In this document: positions 19,729-28,700 of the stretch, one piece after another | Numbering within the stretch: the stretch's first letter is position 1 | Layout: every line of letters starts with the position of its first letter | DNA from: an uncultured Rhodospirillaceae bacterium | GTDB lineage: Bacteria > Pseudomonadota > Alphaproteobacteria > Rhodospirillales > UBA2165 | Direction: 5' to 3' | Length of the DNA: 64,000 nt | Assembly (NCBI GenBank): GCA_964566055.1 | Contig: CAZMHI010000022.1 | Span: 213-64,212 of the forward strand | Translations under genes and position numbers: made by a program | Notes under the pieces: model-generated | The model's database searches: none | Seen by the model: only the letters and a program-made list of their open reading frames with translations | What the model was told of the DNA's origin: nothing

Positions 19729-20721
19729 TTATTCTTCGTGGAAGTAATTTTTACGCCCGCTCCCTTCGCTTTGGTTTTCCAGATACCATTGGTACGTGGC
19801 CTCTAACCCTTGGCGCAGGCTGGTCGACGGCTGGTAGCCAATCCATTCCCGCGCCCGCGATATGTCCATGACACGGCGGGGAAATCCCGCTGGCTTTGAG
19901 GTGTCAAATTCATGGTTAAAATTGATAAATTCATGTAGCGTTTCGACGAGCTCGCTGATCGCATAGCCTTTGCCGCTGCCCAAATTTACGAAACTGCCGC
20001 GAGTGCCGTGATGAAGTGCTAAAATCGTTCCAGCCGCAACATCTGTTGAAAAAGCAAAATCACGAACCGCACTGCCATCGCCCCAAATCAACACCGGGTC
20101 TTCGCCGCTAACGATGCGGTGGATTAAAGTCGGAATGACCATGGCGTTTTCCGGGTCAAAATTATCGCCCGGACCATAGACGTTACAGGGCCGCACAATG
20201 GCAAAATTTATCATACCATATTGCTGACGATAGGCATCAATCTGTAATTCAGCCATGCGCTTCGCCCAGCCGGGAAATTCATCCATCGGCAGGGAATCCC
20301 TGACATCGTCCCTTTCATTGAAATACTCGGCGGCGGCGTAGGCCCCAATTGAGCTGGTATAGACAGCTTTCTTGACGCCATTGATGCGGCAGGCTTCGAG
20401 AAGATTTGTGTTCATCATTAGTAGCGGCACTAGAAAACTCGCAGGTTGAGATCGTGTCACTTCGACCGAGCCTTTAATTCCAGCAATATGAAAAACAAAA
20501 TCAACGTTTTCTGTGAGATTCCGGCACACCGAAAAATCCGTCAAATCAGCAATTACCTGGTTGGCCCGTGGATCGGTTGCCATCTCATCAAGCGATACGC
20601 TGGTGACGTTGGCGCCGAAATCACATAACAATGCCACGACCTGTCTGCCGATCATACCGGTGCCACCGGTAACGATAACTTTTGAGCCGGAGAATTCTGC
20701 CGCTATTGTGGGATCAATCAT
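19729..20721 (-). CDS. Fcl-like NAD(P)-dependent epimerase/reductase (extended SDR), atypical active site
   Basis: TGGTGMIG, RPCNVYGPGDNF; PGWAK in place of YxxxK. Confidence 0.85.
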   Translation of the reverse strand: MIDPTIAAEFSGSKVIVTGGTGMIGRQVVALLCDFGANVTSVSLDEMATDPRANQVIADLTDFSVCRNLTENVDFVFHIAGIKGSVEVTRSQPASFLVPLLMMNTNLLEACRINGVKKAVYTSSIGAYAAAEYFNERDDVRDSLPMDEFPGWAKRMAELQIDAYRQQYGMINFAIVRPCNVYGPGDNFDPENAMVIPTLIHRIVSGEDPVLIWGDGSAVRDFAFSTDVAAGTILALHHGTRGSFVNLGSGKGYAISELVETLHEFINFNHEFDTSKPAGFPRRVMDISRAREWIGYQPSTSLRQGLEATYQWYLENQSEGSGRKNYFHEE

Positions 20722-20728
20722 GTACTCA

Positions 20729-21262
20729 CTAAGCCACGTTTAGACGATCACCAAGCTTTTGGCGTGCCAGAGCAAGAATGCCGATATCTGACAACAAAAC
20801 CGGTTCTCCCGAATTGGCCATCGCCAAATAATCTTCGATACTACATTCGACCAAATCGATAAATTCGCTCTCACTCGGTGTTGCAACTTTTTTTGAGTTC
20901 AACGCAGCAAAGCCGATAATTGAATATGAATGGCGATCTACACTGAGACCAAAGTTGCCAAGGGGAATTAGTTTTCCTGGCTCATAGCCGGTTTCTTCAA
21001 GTAATTCGCGCCGCATTGCCTGTTCTGGTTTTTCATTTTCTTCCATAAAACCGGCTGGGAATTCGATGGTTTTGCAGCCCCGCGCGGGACGAAACTGCTT
21101 AACCAATACGATCTTTTCATCTTCGGTCAACAGCAGCGCGACCACGCCATCATTGCTGTCGATGCGATAAAAAGGTTGCGAACCGATCCCCCAAGCCGGT
21201 TCAGAAGACACTTCGGTGATGCTGAACCAATCGGTGTGAAAAACGGTTTTATCTTCGCTCAT
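20729..21262 (-). CDS. Nudix hydrolase (NDP-sugar pyrophosphatase-like)
   Basis: Nudix box GFMEENEKPEQAMRRELLEETGY; QFRP and EFPAG. Confidence 0.9.
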   Translation of the reverse strand: MSEDKTVFHTDWFSITEVSSEPAWGIGSQPFYRIDSNDGVVALLLTEDEKIVLVKQFRPARGCKTIEFPAGFMEENEKPEQAMRRELLEETGYEPGKLIPLGNFGLSVDRHSYSIIGFAALNSKKVATPSESEFIDLVECSIEDYLAMANSGEPVLLSDIGILALARQKLGDRLNVA

Positions 21263-22230
21263 TAAGCTCTCTGTTGTAAACGTTGACGATGATAGTTCAG
21301 CAAATCTTCGAGCGTTTGTTCAAGCGGGTATTCGGGCTGCCATCCGGACTGCTCGCGAAATTTTGTATTCTCGGGAATCTGCAATGTTACATCCGCCGGA
21401 CGTAACAGTTCAGGATCGACCGCATGTTCTATTGGCACCTTGGCATACGATTTTAGGATGTCGAGCATCTCACCAATCGTCAGTGTCCGATTGCCGCCAA
21501 TATTGTAAACTTCACCCGGTGTACAATGTTCTAATAACGCCCAATAAGCGCGGACTGCATCACGGACATCAGCATAAGTGCGGATACTTTCCAGATTACC
21601 TACCTTAATCGGATTTTCGACAAGTCCGAGCTCGACTTCGGCAATTTGTTTGGCAAAGGCACTTTCGGCGAAGAAATCTCCCCGCCTGGGGCCGGAATGG
21701 GTAAACATCCGCGTCCGGATAATCTTCATGCCATAGGAAATGTGGTACTGTTTACCCAACATATCCTGTCCGACTTTAGAAACCGCATAGGGGCTGGCAG
21801 GATTTAGCGGCGTATTTTCCGTTATCGGAATCATGCTTTCATCAACTTGGCCGTAGACTTCAGCTGAACTGCATATATGGATCATTGGATCGATACCGAC
21901 ATTCCGAATGGCATCGAGCAAATTTACTGTGCCAATAACATTTACCGTAAAGGTATCGCCGGGACTCTCGTAACTGATTGGCACAAAACTTTGCGCTGCA
22001 AGATGAAAAATGCGATCAGGTCGAATATGGTCAATGACTTCAATCATTGAGGAGAGGTCTCTAAGCTCACCCTGAACCAGTTCTATATTGTCAATTCTTC
22101 CGCGAATGTTATCTAATGGGCTGCGCCAGCGAACCAATCCATAGACATCAACATTCGGATGGGTATCAATGACGTAATCGGCCATGTGGCTGCCCACCAT
22201 GCCGGTAATACCAGTAATTAGAAGTTTCAT
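21262..22230 (-). CDS. gmd: GDP-mannose 4,6-dehydratase
   Basis: GITGMVG, HLAAQSFV, SSAEVYG, PYAVSK, GNLESIRTYADVRDAVRAYW, LLRPADV. Confidence 0.8.
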   Translation of the reverse strand: MKLLITGITGMVGSHMADYVIDTHPNVDVYGLVRWRSPLDNIRGRIDNIELVQGELRDLSSMIEVIDHIRPDRIFHLAAQSFVPISYESPGDTFTVNVIGTVNLLDAIRNVGIDPMIHICSSAEVYGQVDESMIPITENTPLNPASPYAVSKVGQDMLGKQYHISYGMKIIRTRMFTHSGPRRGDFFAESAFAKQIAEVELGLVENPIKVGNLESIRTYADVRDAVRAYWALLEHCTPGEVYNIGGNRTLTIGEMLDILKSYAKVPIEHAVDPELLRPADVTLQIPENTKFREQSGWQPEYPLEQTLEDLLNYHRQRLQQRA

Positions 22231-22246
22231 TTAATTCTGCTTTTTT

Positions 22247-23314
22247 CTAAAAAGGTCCACGGAAATGTTTATAAGTGTCGGTCATCGGTTTTTTCTCCGG
22301 CAGATCAATGCCATGGAGCTCTGCGCCGGTAACAGTTTTACAAATTGCGTCACAAAGGTCATGTAAATCCGGATAATATAAATCCTCTAATGTTTTGGCG
22401 GTCGGGCACGGTGCTGGCGCCATCCCCAGAGTAACAACCGGCGCCTGTAAAGCCGAGGGCGCCGTTTCACATACGAGCCGGCAAATTTCTGCTGCCACAC
22501 CATAAGCTTGCCAGCTGGTATCGGCAATGAGCAATCTGCCAGTTCTGAGAACACTATCAATAATCATTTCAGAATCCGGGCTGGTCGCGCAATTTAGATC
22601 GATCACATCACATTTGATGCCGGCTGTAGCCAGATGATCGGCTGCCCGTTCGGCTTCCAGAACCATTATGGATGTCGCCACCACGGTGATATCATCTCCT
22701 CGCCGCAAATGTCGTGAGCCAAGAGGATTTTCGGCTTTCGAAATTTGCTCCCGGTCGACCTTAAAATCCAGCTCATACAGCAGCCGGTGTTCGAAGCTGA
22801 TAACCGGGCCAGCGAATTCGTTGGTAGCATATGGATAGGCACCCAAAATAGCAGATGAATCCGAGGGCATAATAACCGTCAATCCGGGAATATGGGCAAA
22901 CAGAGATTGCAAGCTTTGGGTATGCTGGGCACCCTGGCCCCAACTTCGCCCAACAACCGCCCTGATGAGCATTGGCACTTTAAACAGACCGCCAAACATA
23001 TAACGATATTTAGCCACCAAATTAATAATCTGATTGGTGGCCAGCAGCATAAAATCGGCGCGAATATGGGTCATGATCGGATACATACCGTTCAAAGCTG
23101 CGCCGACAGAAATGCCGGTAACGGCTTCTTCGGCGAGCGGCGTATCCAAAACGCGTCCGCCGCCATACTTTTCAGCCAGTCCGAGGGTCGTGCCGAATAT
23201 ACCTTTATGGTCATCGACGCCTTGGCCAATGATGAAGGCATCATCATTGCCGGCCATGGCGCCATCCATGCACTCAAACAAAGCTTCCCGGTATTTAACA
23301 ATTTCTGTAGTCAT
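22247..23314 (-). CDS. Pyruvate-dehydrogenase E1 beta-like subunit (glycan-cluster type)
   Basis: GQGV, DTPLAE, GQGAQHTQS; ATG 23314 lies 2 nt after the alpha stop. Confidence 0.9.
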   Translation of the reverse strand: MTTEIVKYREALFECMDGAMAGNDDAFIIGQGVDDHKGIFGTTLGLAEKYGGGRVLDTPLAEEAVTGISVGAALNGMYPIMTHIRADFMLLATNQIINLVAKYRYMFGGLFKVPMLIRAVVGRSWGQGAQHTQSLQSLFAHIPGLTVIMPSDSSAILGAYPYATNEFAGPVISFEHRLLYELDFKVDREQISKAENPLGSRHLRRGDDITVVATSIMVLEAERAADHLATAGIKCDVIDLNCATSPDSEMIIDSVLRTGRLLIADTSWQAYGVAAEICRLVCETAPSALQAPVVTLGMAPAPCPTAKTLEDLYYPDLHDLCDAICKTVTGAELHGIDLPEKKPMTDTYKHFRGPF

Positions 23315-23316
23315 TA

Positions 23317-24246
23317 CTAAACAACATCCGTCAATAAAATGGCTTGCCCCGGCCATTCGCTTTTTTCAGCAAAGTCGACTGCCGCATCGATTGCTTGGCT
23401 GATTTCAGCTTCCAACAATGCTACGGTTTCGGTATCGCGAATAAGCGGATCATTAATACTCCATTTCTCAAATTCCTCCCGGCTGCGATAACCGGCTTCA
23501 AAATCATCGCCCGGCCCTACATGTTCTCGGGCCCGCATGGTTTTAATCTCAAGATATTGAGGCCCGCCGCCACCCCGGACCTTCGCCGTCAGCTCAGACA
23601 TTGCTTCATATATCTTCATAAAATCCAAGCCGTCTTCAAGGCGCTGGGTCGGAATCTTATAGGTGTCCAATAATTCCAGCCGATTAAACTTCTGCCGTGA
23701 CTCAATTGGCGAATGTGCAGCGAACCCGTTATCTTCACAAACCAGGATTAACGGCAAGTTGTGGAGTGAGGCAAAGTTGAGACTTTCATGGGCAACACCT
23801 TCTTCAAGCGCGCCATCACCAAAAAACGCCACATTGACCTGATCGCTTTGCCGGTGTTTGGCGGCAAAAGCTGCACCGACCGCATGAGGGATTGAACTGG
23901 CGACCACTGCGGAGGAACCCATCATACCAACCTCCGGTGCGGCCAGATGCATTGAGCCGGCTTTGCCTTCGGAAACACCGGTAACTTTACCGTAAAGTTC
24001 CGCGAACATGAGGGCCAGATCGCCTCCCTTGGCAATATAAACGGCGTGGCTCCGATAAGTGCCAAAAACCCAATCTTCTTGGCGCAAGGCGTGGCAGACA
24101 CCAACCGCGACGGCCTCCTGGCCAATAGACAAATGAACAGGGCTTTGAATTTTATCGAAAGGATAGAGCTCAATTATGCGTTCTTCGACCCGGCGAATAG
24201 TTAAAGCGTCATGAAAAAGGCGAGTATACAGATCCTGCGAGGGCAT
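23317..24246 (-). CDS. Pyruvate-dehydrogenase E1 alpha-like subunit (glycan-cluster type)
   Basis: GQEA, YRSH, GSMH, FFGDGALEEG...EDN TPP motif. Confidence 0.9.
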   Translation of the reverse strand: MPSQDLYTRLFHDALTIRRVEERIIELYPFDKIQSPVHLSIGQEAVAVGVCHALRQEDWVFGTYRSHAVYIAKGGDLALMFAELYGKVTGVSEGKAGSMHLAAPEVGMMGSSAVVASSIPHAVGAAFAAKHRQSDQVNVAFFGDGALEEGVAHESLNFASLHNLPLILVCEDNGFAAHSPIESRQKFNRLELLDTYKIPTQRLEDGLDFMKIYEAMSELTAKVRGGGGPQYLEIKTMRAREHVGPGDDFEAGYRSREEFEKWSINDPLIRDTETVALLEAEISQAIDAAVDFAEKSEWPGQAILLTDVV

Positions 24247-25220
24247 TAATGTACTTTCCCTGTGTCAGCTGAATTATTGAGAAACCACTTATAGGTTTTT
24301 TGCAAACCTTCTTCGATTGTCATATTTGCTGTCCAGCCAATTTTCTCCATCCGCGTTCGATCCAAAAGTTTCCGTGGCGCGCCATCCGGTTTGGATCGAT
24401 CAAATTTCAACTGTCCGTCAAAACCGACAACTTTGCAAATGGCTTCGGCCAGCCCCCGAACCGATAATTCCTGGCCCGATCCGATGTTGATGGGAATGGC
24501 ATCGGAGTAGTTCTTCAACAAAAAAACGACCGCATCAGCCAGATCGTCAACATACATAAATTCCCGCTTCACTTTGCCGGAACCCCACACTTCAAGCGCC
24601 TTAGCATTTTCTACTTTAGCTTTATGAGCTTTGCCCAAAAGAGCAGGGATAACGTGACTGGTTTCGGGATCGTAGTCGTCACCCGGACCGTACAGATTGT
24701 TCGGTTGGGCGGCAATAAAGTCACTACCGTATTGTTCCCGGTAGGCTTGGCATAGTTTAATGGCAGCGATTTTAGCCACAGCATGCCACTCATTGGTGGG
24801 TTCCAGAGGGCCGGTCAAAAGTGCCTCTTCGACCATCGGCTGCGCAGATTCTCTGGGATAAATGCAAGCCGAGCCGATAAATAATAGTTTCTCAACATTA
24901 TGGAGGTGAGCCGCCTGAATGATGTTGCTGGCGATCATTAAATTGTTGTAGAGGAAATCAACCGGGTAATTAATGTTGGACATAATGCCGCCGACAGTCG
25001 CTGCAGCAACAACAATCGCTTGAGGTTTGGCATCGCCGACCCACTGCCCAACGTCAAATTGATTCCTAAGGTCCAAATCTGACCGTGCGATAGTTTGGAC
25101 TTCACACCTTTCAGGTGACAGCCGACGCACAACTGCAGAACCAACCATACCGTTGTGGCCAGCAACCCACACACGTTTGCCCAGCAACGAATAAAGAGGA
25201 GATTTATTCGAATCGTTCAT
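24246..25220 (-). CDS. fcl: GDP-L-fucose synthase-like epimerase with catalytic Tyr replaced by His
   Basis: AGHNGMVGSA, AATVGGI, GSACIYP, LEPTNEWHAVAK, PNNLYGP, SHVIPAL, REFMYVDD; ATG 25220 chosen. Confidence 0.9.
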   Translation of the reverse strand: MNDSNKSPLYSLLGKRVWVAGHNGMVGSAVVRRLSPERCEVQTIARSDLDLRNQFDVGQWVGDAKPQAIVVAAATVGGIMSNINYPVDFLYNNLMIASNIIQAAHLHNVEKLLFIGSACIYPRESAQPMVEEALLTGPLEPTNEWHAVAKIAAIKLCQAYREQYGSDFIAAQPNNLYGPGDDYDPETSHVIPALLGKAHKAKVENAKALEVWGSGKVKREFMYVDDLADAVVFLLKNYSDAIPINIGSGQELSVRGLAEAICKVVGFDGQLKFDRSKPDGAPRKLLDRTRMEKIGWTANMTIEEGLQKTYKWFLNNSADTGKVH

Positions 25221-25301
25221 TACCGTGACTATAAAGTAAAATTGAAAACAAAAGTTTAATTTCACGCTGCTACAGCGATGTTCGAAATTTAAAAAATCTG
25301 C

Positions 25302-26288
25302 TCATTGTTCCATCGATTGGGCCAAAAGTTTTTGCTGTTGCCGCAATAATTGCTGAGTTTTCATATTGATAATTTGCGGTGTCATTTTCTCTAAATGAGC
25401 CTCGGCCTGGCGGAGCGCCTTTAGGTAGGTTTCATCTTTAATCTCAGATTCGGCGGAAAAAGCCAATTGATGAACGTGCAGCTGGTCCGGCGGCAATTCA
25501 TCTTCGGCTTCCTGCTGAAATTCCTCGATTTTGTCGTTCAAAAATTCGAAAGCCTGACTTTGCGCCAATTTGTTATCGCTGTGTAAATAGCCAATTAGTT
25601 GTTTTGCGGTTTCTACCCGCTCAGCCAGTAAAAGGTGAAAAAACTGGGTCCAGAATGGAAGGTCCCACAACCGGTGTGTTGTTCCTTTTTTTCCATCCAT
25701 AGGGAATAACTTGATCGGAACACAGTATTTTCGATCCACCATCTCGGCGATCTGCTGTAGCCATTTATCGCCAAACCAATAGGGAAAATGGGGCACAATA
25801 AAATGCCCAACAAGGTTTACCCATTGAGCGGTTGTGACCATCGTGGTGATGCCGCCTTCTGGCATAATTGGATCAGGCAAATATCCTACGGCGACGCGGT
25901 CGGTTGGCAAATTGTGGAACCATTCAAGCATTACAACGTCCCAACCGGGGGTCATCAATTCATAGTCATCGGGAAAGCCAAAATAGAGGCCAGCATTTGA
26001 ACTGTTCCGCCATAGTTCAGTAAATGCATCGCCATGGGTAATGGGTCTGGAACTGACATGCCAATGGACCTTAAAACCGATCGACTTATCCCAACCGGAG
26101 GCGATCAAATCATGGGTTTTACTGTCATCGTCATCCACATAAATCCAAAGATCAATGTGATCTTTATTAACCGCTTGGTTATCGAGAGAACTGATCGCGC
26201 GTTTCACCTTTTCAGGCCGCCCGCGGGTCAGCATAAGGATGTTAATATGATCTGGATCGTCAATGGGTATAGGTTCAATATCAGTCAT
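25302..26288 (-). CDS. Putative GT-A fold (GT2-like) glycosyltransferase
   Basis: ILMLTRGRP, YVDDDD and FPDDY acidic motifs. Confidence 0.6.
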   Translation of the reverse strand: MTDIEPIPIDDPDHINILMLTRGRPEKVKRAISSLDNQAVNKDHIDLWIYVDDDDSKTHDLIASGWDKSIGFKVHWHVSSRPITHGDAFTELWRNSSNAGLYFGFPDDYELMTPGWDVVMLEWFHNLPTDRVAVGYLPDPIMPEGGITTMVTTAQWVNLVGHFIVPHFPYWFGDKWLQQIAEMVDRKYCVPIKLFPMDGKKGTTHRLWDLPFWTQFFHLLLAERVETAKQLIGYLHSDNKLAQSQAFEFLNDKIEEFQQEAEDELPPDQLHVHQLAFSAESEIKDETYLKALRQAEAHLEKMTPQIINMKTQQLLRQQQKLLAQSMEQ

Positions 26289-26344
26289 CAGGAAACTTAA
26301 ATTTCATTACAGCGGATGTAGATTACTAACTTAGCAAAGTAAGT

Positions 26345-28405
26345 TTACCACACGCCTACCCCTTCTGATTTATCATCATGTGCATCATGCAGGTTTCCAT
26401 CTGCACTTTCAAATGGCGCTTGATCACTGGCATACCATTGGGCCGGCCAAAGTATGTCATCGTTTTTTCTACCATATACAACACGTTCCAAGGCGAAGAG
26501 GTTCAGATCACCTTCGTAGTCGATTGGTTCAATGTATAAAATCTGACTTAGATCACGAATTGCCACCGGTTCTACAGTGACCACATGTTCCATAAATTCA
26601 GGGACATTGTAGCGAAATTGCCATTGTTGAATGGGAGGTGCCTCGGCGCTAGGCATACGCAACCATTGATATCGAACGACTTCCGAAAGCAAATCCAGAT
26701 CTATGGTAACGCTTCGGGCATTTAAAAAAGCGCAAAGCAATTCTTCCATTTCTTGGAAGAAGCGGTCTTTTTCTGCAGCAAAACTAAGGAAAGAGCAATC
26801 TTCAGTGAACCAGTAAAGTTCGCCGTAACCTTCATATTCCACGCCCCAACCGGCGCCGTTGTAAATATCCTCCAGGCGCATTTCATAATAATCCATTTCT
26901 TCCGAGACCAGGGAGGAAGGCATGAGGGCTGGCGCCTCATCAACCAGGAACCGGACAAAATCGGTAAAAGGAATATCCAGATGCCGGCGTAAGAAAAACA
27001 AGATGTAGGAACTTGCGCCGAGGCTATGGAGAGCCATCATCAACCAGGCAAATTTCCAGGTACGCCGCCATTGATCATGGGGCATGGAGGCAGTTTCGAC
27101 AACGATTGGTACGTTTTCCATCACTTTATCGGAACTAATAGTGGCACAATGGATGGGTTTGATATCTGATTTTCGCAGTTTTATGCCAAATTGAGCCTGA
27201 TAGTCCGGGTCACCCATATCGGTATTGGGAAAGGCTTCAAGCCAATACAAATACAGCGATCTCAGTTCCGAATTCAGCACGTCTTCCACCCCGGCAATAA
27301 AACTATCGTAAGTTTCTCCTGGTAAGCCTACGATCATTTCAGTCCAGGTGGGAATTCCAGATTGGGCGAATTTGCTCTGCAGTGAGCGATAGGTATCCAT
27401 TTTGATGTTGCCGCGCTTAATATTGGCAAGAACTGTCTTACTATTACTTTGGCGCGAAAGATTTACACCTTTGTCGAGGCCGTGATCGAATAGTAATTTC
27501 CCAGTATCAAATACATTGGTATCGGTGTTTTTGCCATAACAGACTCTAAAACGTTGTGGATAGCCATAGCGTTTTTTAGCATCGGCAAAAGCCTGCGCCA
27601 GTTCAATATCCCGCCGGTGCATACCAAAATTTGAATCGGCGCCAAAAACGTAGCCAATTTTATTCTGACCAATCCACTCGATTTCCTGCTTCGACCGTTC
27701 CAAGCTGTGATATTTGAAACGCCGACCGATGTCACCTTTACCCCAGTAGCAAAAGGTGCATTGAAACGGACAGCCACGATTTGATTCTAAGATGGCTTGA
27801 AAAGAAAACTGCGGATTTTCGCTGATTAAATTATCAAACAATCCTCCGACATAGGGCGAGGGCATATTGTCCAGGTCTCGCTCGAAAGGATATTCTCCTT
27901 CGTTGACCATGATGCTTTCACCATCACGCCAGCTTACCTGTGGAATGTCTGCAAATTCCCGGGAGGAAAGATTGCGAACCAAAATGTCGCCGAAAGGCAA
28001 TTCGCCCTCGCCTCTTACACAGACATCAATAAACGGATGTTCTATCATAAACTCAGTCGGATCATGCGGTACACTACCACCGCCAAAAATGATCAGACAA
28101 TTCGGATAGCGTGCCTTAATTTCACGGGCGACGTGAAGCGATAAATTGGCGCTCCAGGAATAAAGAGAAAATGCTGCCACATCGGGTTCATCAATTTGGG
28201 CTAATATATTTTCCGGTAAATCTGCTTTGAACAGGTAGGGCGCAAACTCGTAACCTTCACGAATGGCTGGAATTTCGCGTGCATAGGCATGAAGGCAGCC
28301 TGACACCAACGGCAGATAAGCGCCGTTGTCATGTACTAGATTGTATTCGTTCAGGTAGACGCGTGCTCTGGACCGAGATTCTAATTCGGACGACTTAATA
28401 TCCAT
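26345..28405 (-). CDS. Cobalamin-binding radical SAM protein
   Basis: N-terminal B12-binding-type domain (FSLYSW...IIFGGGSV), RGCPFQCTFCYWG CxxxCxxC, ADSNFG, EMIVGLPGET. Confidence 0.9.
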   Translation of the reverse strand: MDIKSSELESRSRARVYLNEYNLVHDNGAYLPLVSGCLHAYAREIPAIREGYEFAPYLFKADLPENILAQIDEPDVAAFSLYSWSANLSLHVAREIKARYPNCLIIFGGGSVPHDPTEFMIEHPFIDVCVRGEGELPFGDILVRNLSSREFADIPQVSWRDGESIMVNEGEYPFERDLDNMPSPYVGGLFDNLISENPQFSFQAILESNRGCPFQCTFCYWGKGDIGRRFKYHSLERSKQEIEWIGQNKIGYVFGADSNFGMHRRDIELAQAFADAKKRYGYPQRFRVCYGKNTDTNVFDTGKLLFDHGLDKGVNLSRQSNSKTVLANIKRGNIKMDTYRSLQSKFAQSGIPTWTEMIVGLPGETYDSFIAGVEDVLNSELRSLYLYWLEAFPNTDMGDPDYQAQFGIKLRKSDIKPIHCATISSDKVMENVPIVVETASMPHDQWRRTWKFAWLMMALHSLGASSYILFFLRRHLDIPFTDFVRFLVDEAPALMPSSLVSEEMDYYEMRLEDIYNGAGWGVEYEGYGELYWFTEDCSFLSFAAEKDRFFQEMEELLCAFLNARSVTIDLDLLSEVVRYQWLRMPSAEAPPIQQWQFRYNVPEFMEHVVTVEPVAIRDLSQILYIEPIDYEGDLNLFALERVVYGRKNDDILWPAQWYASDQAPFESADGNLHDAHDDKSEGVGVW

Positions 28406-28700
28406 TGATCAGCCTTCTCTCAACTCACCATATTCCGACTACACCGTTCATCGTCTCTATCTTATAGGACGGACTTTGGAAAATCATACCATAAAGAAGA
28501 ATAAAAATTGGTTACTCAATGGCGATGAATTTCTCAACGTGAAGAAAAGTCATCTAATCAGGAAAACAGTTGCTATTCATTGTAGATATCTAGCTATATT
28601 ATTCTTCATGCCGGATTGTGGCAATTTGGCCAATTTAGCAGGAACGGAGAATAATCTGTGGATATTAGTAAATTTAATCTGGAGCCATGCAACAAGATAA

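Noticed and set aside
22247-24246. Housekeeping pyruvate dehydrogenase complex
   Set aside because: No E2/E3 or lipoyl domain; embedded in a gmd/fcl operon
28476-28700. 74-aa ORF upstream of the TPR/GT protein
   Set aside because: TTG start, no clear RBS, no motif; lies in an AT-rich divergent promoter region
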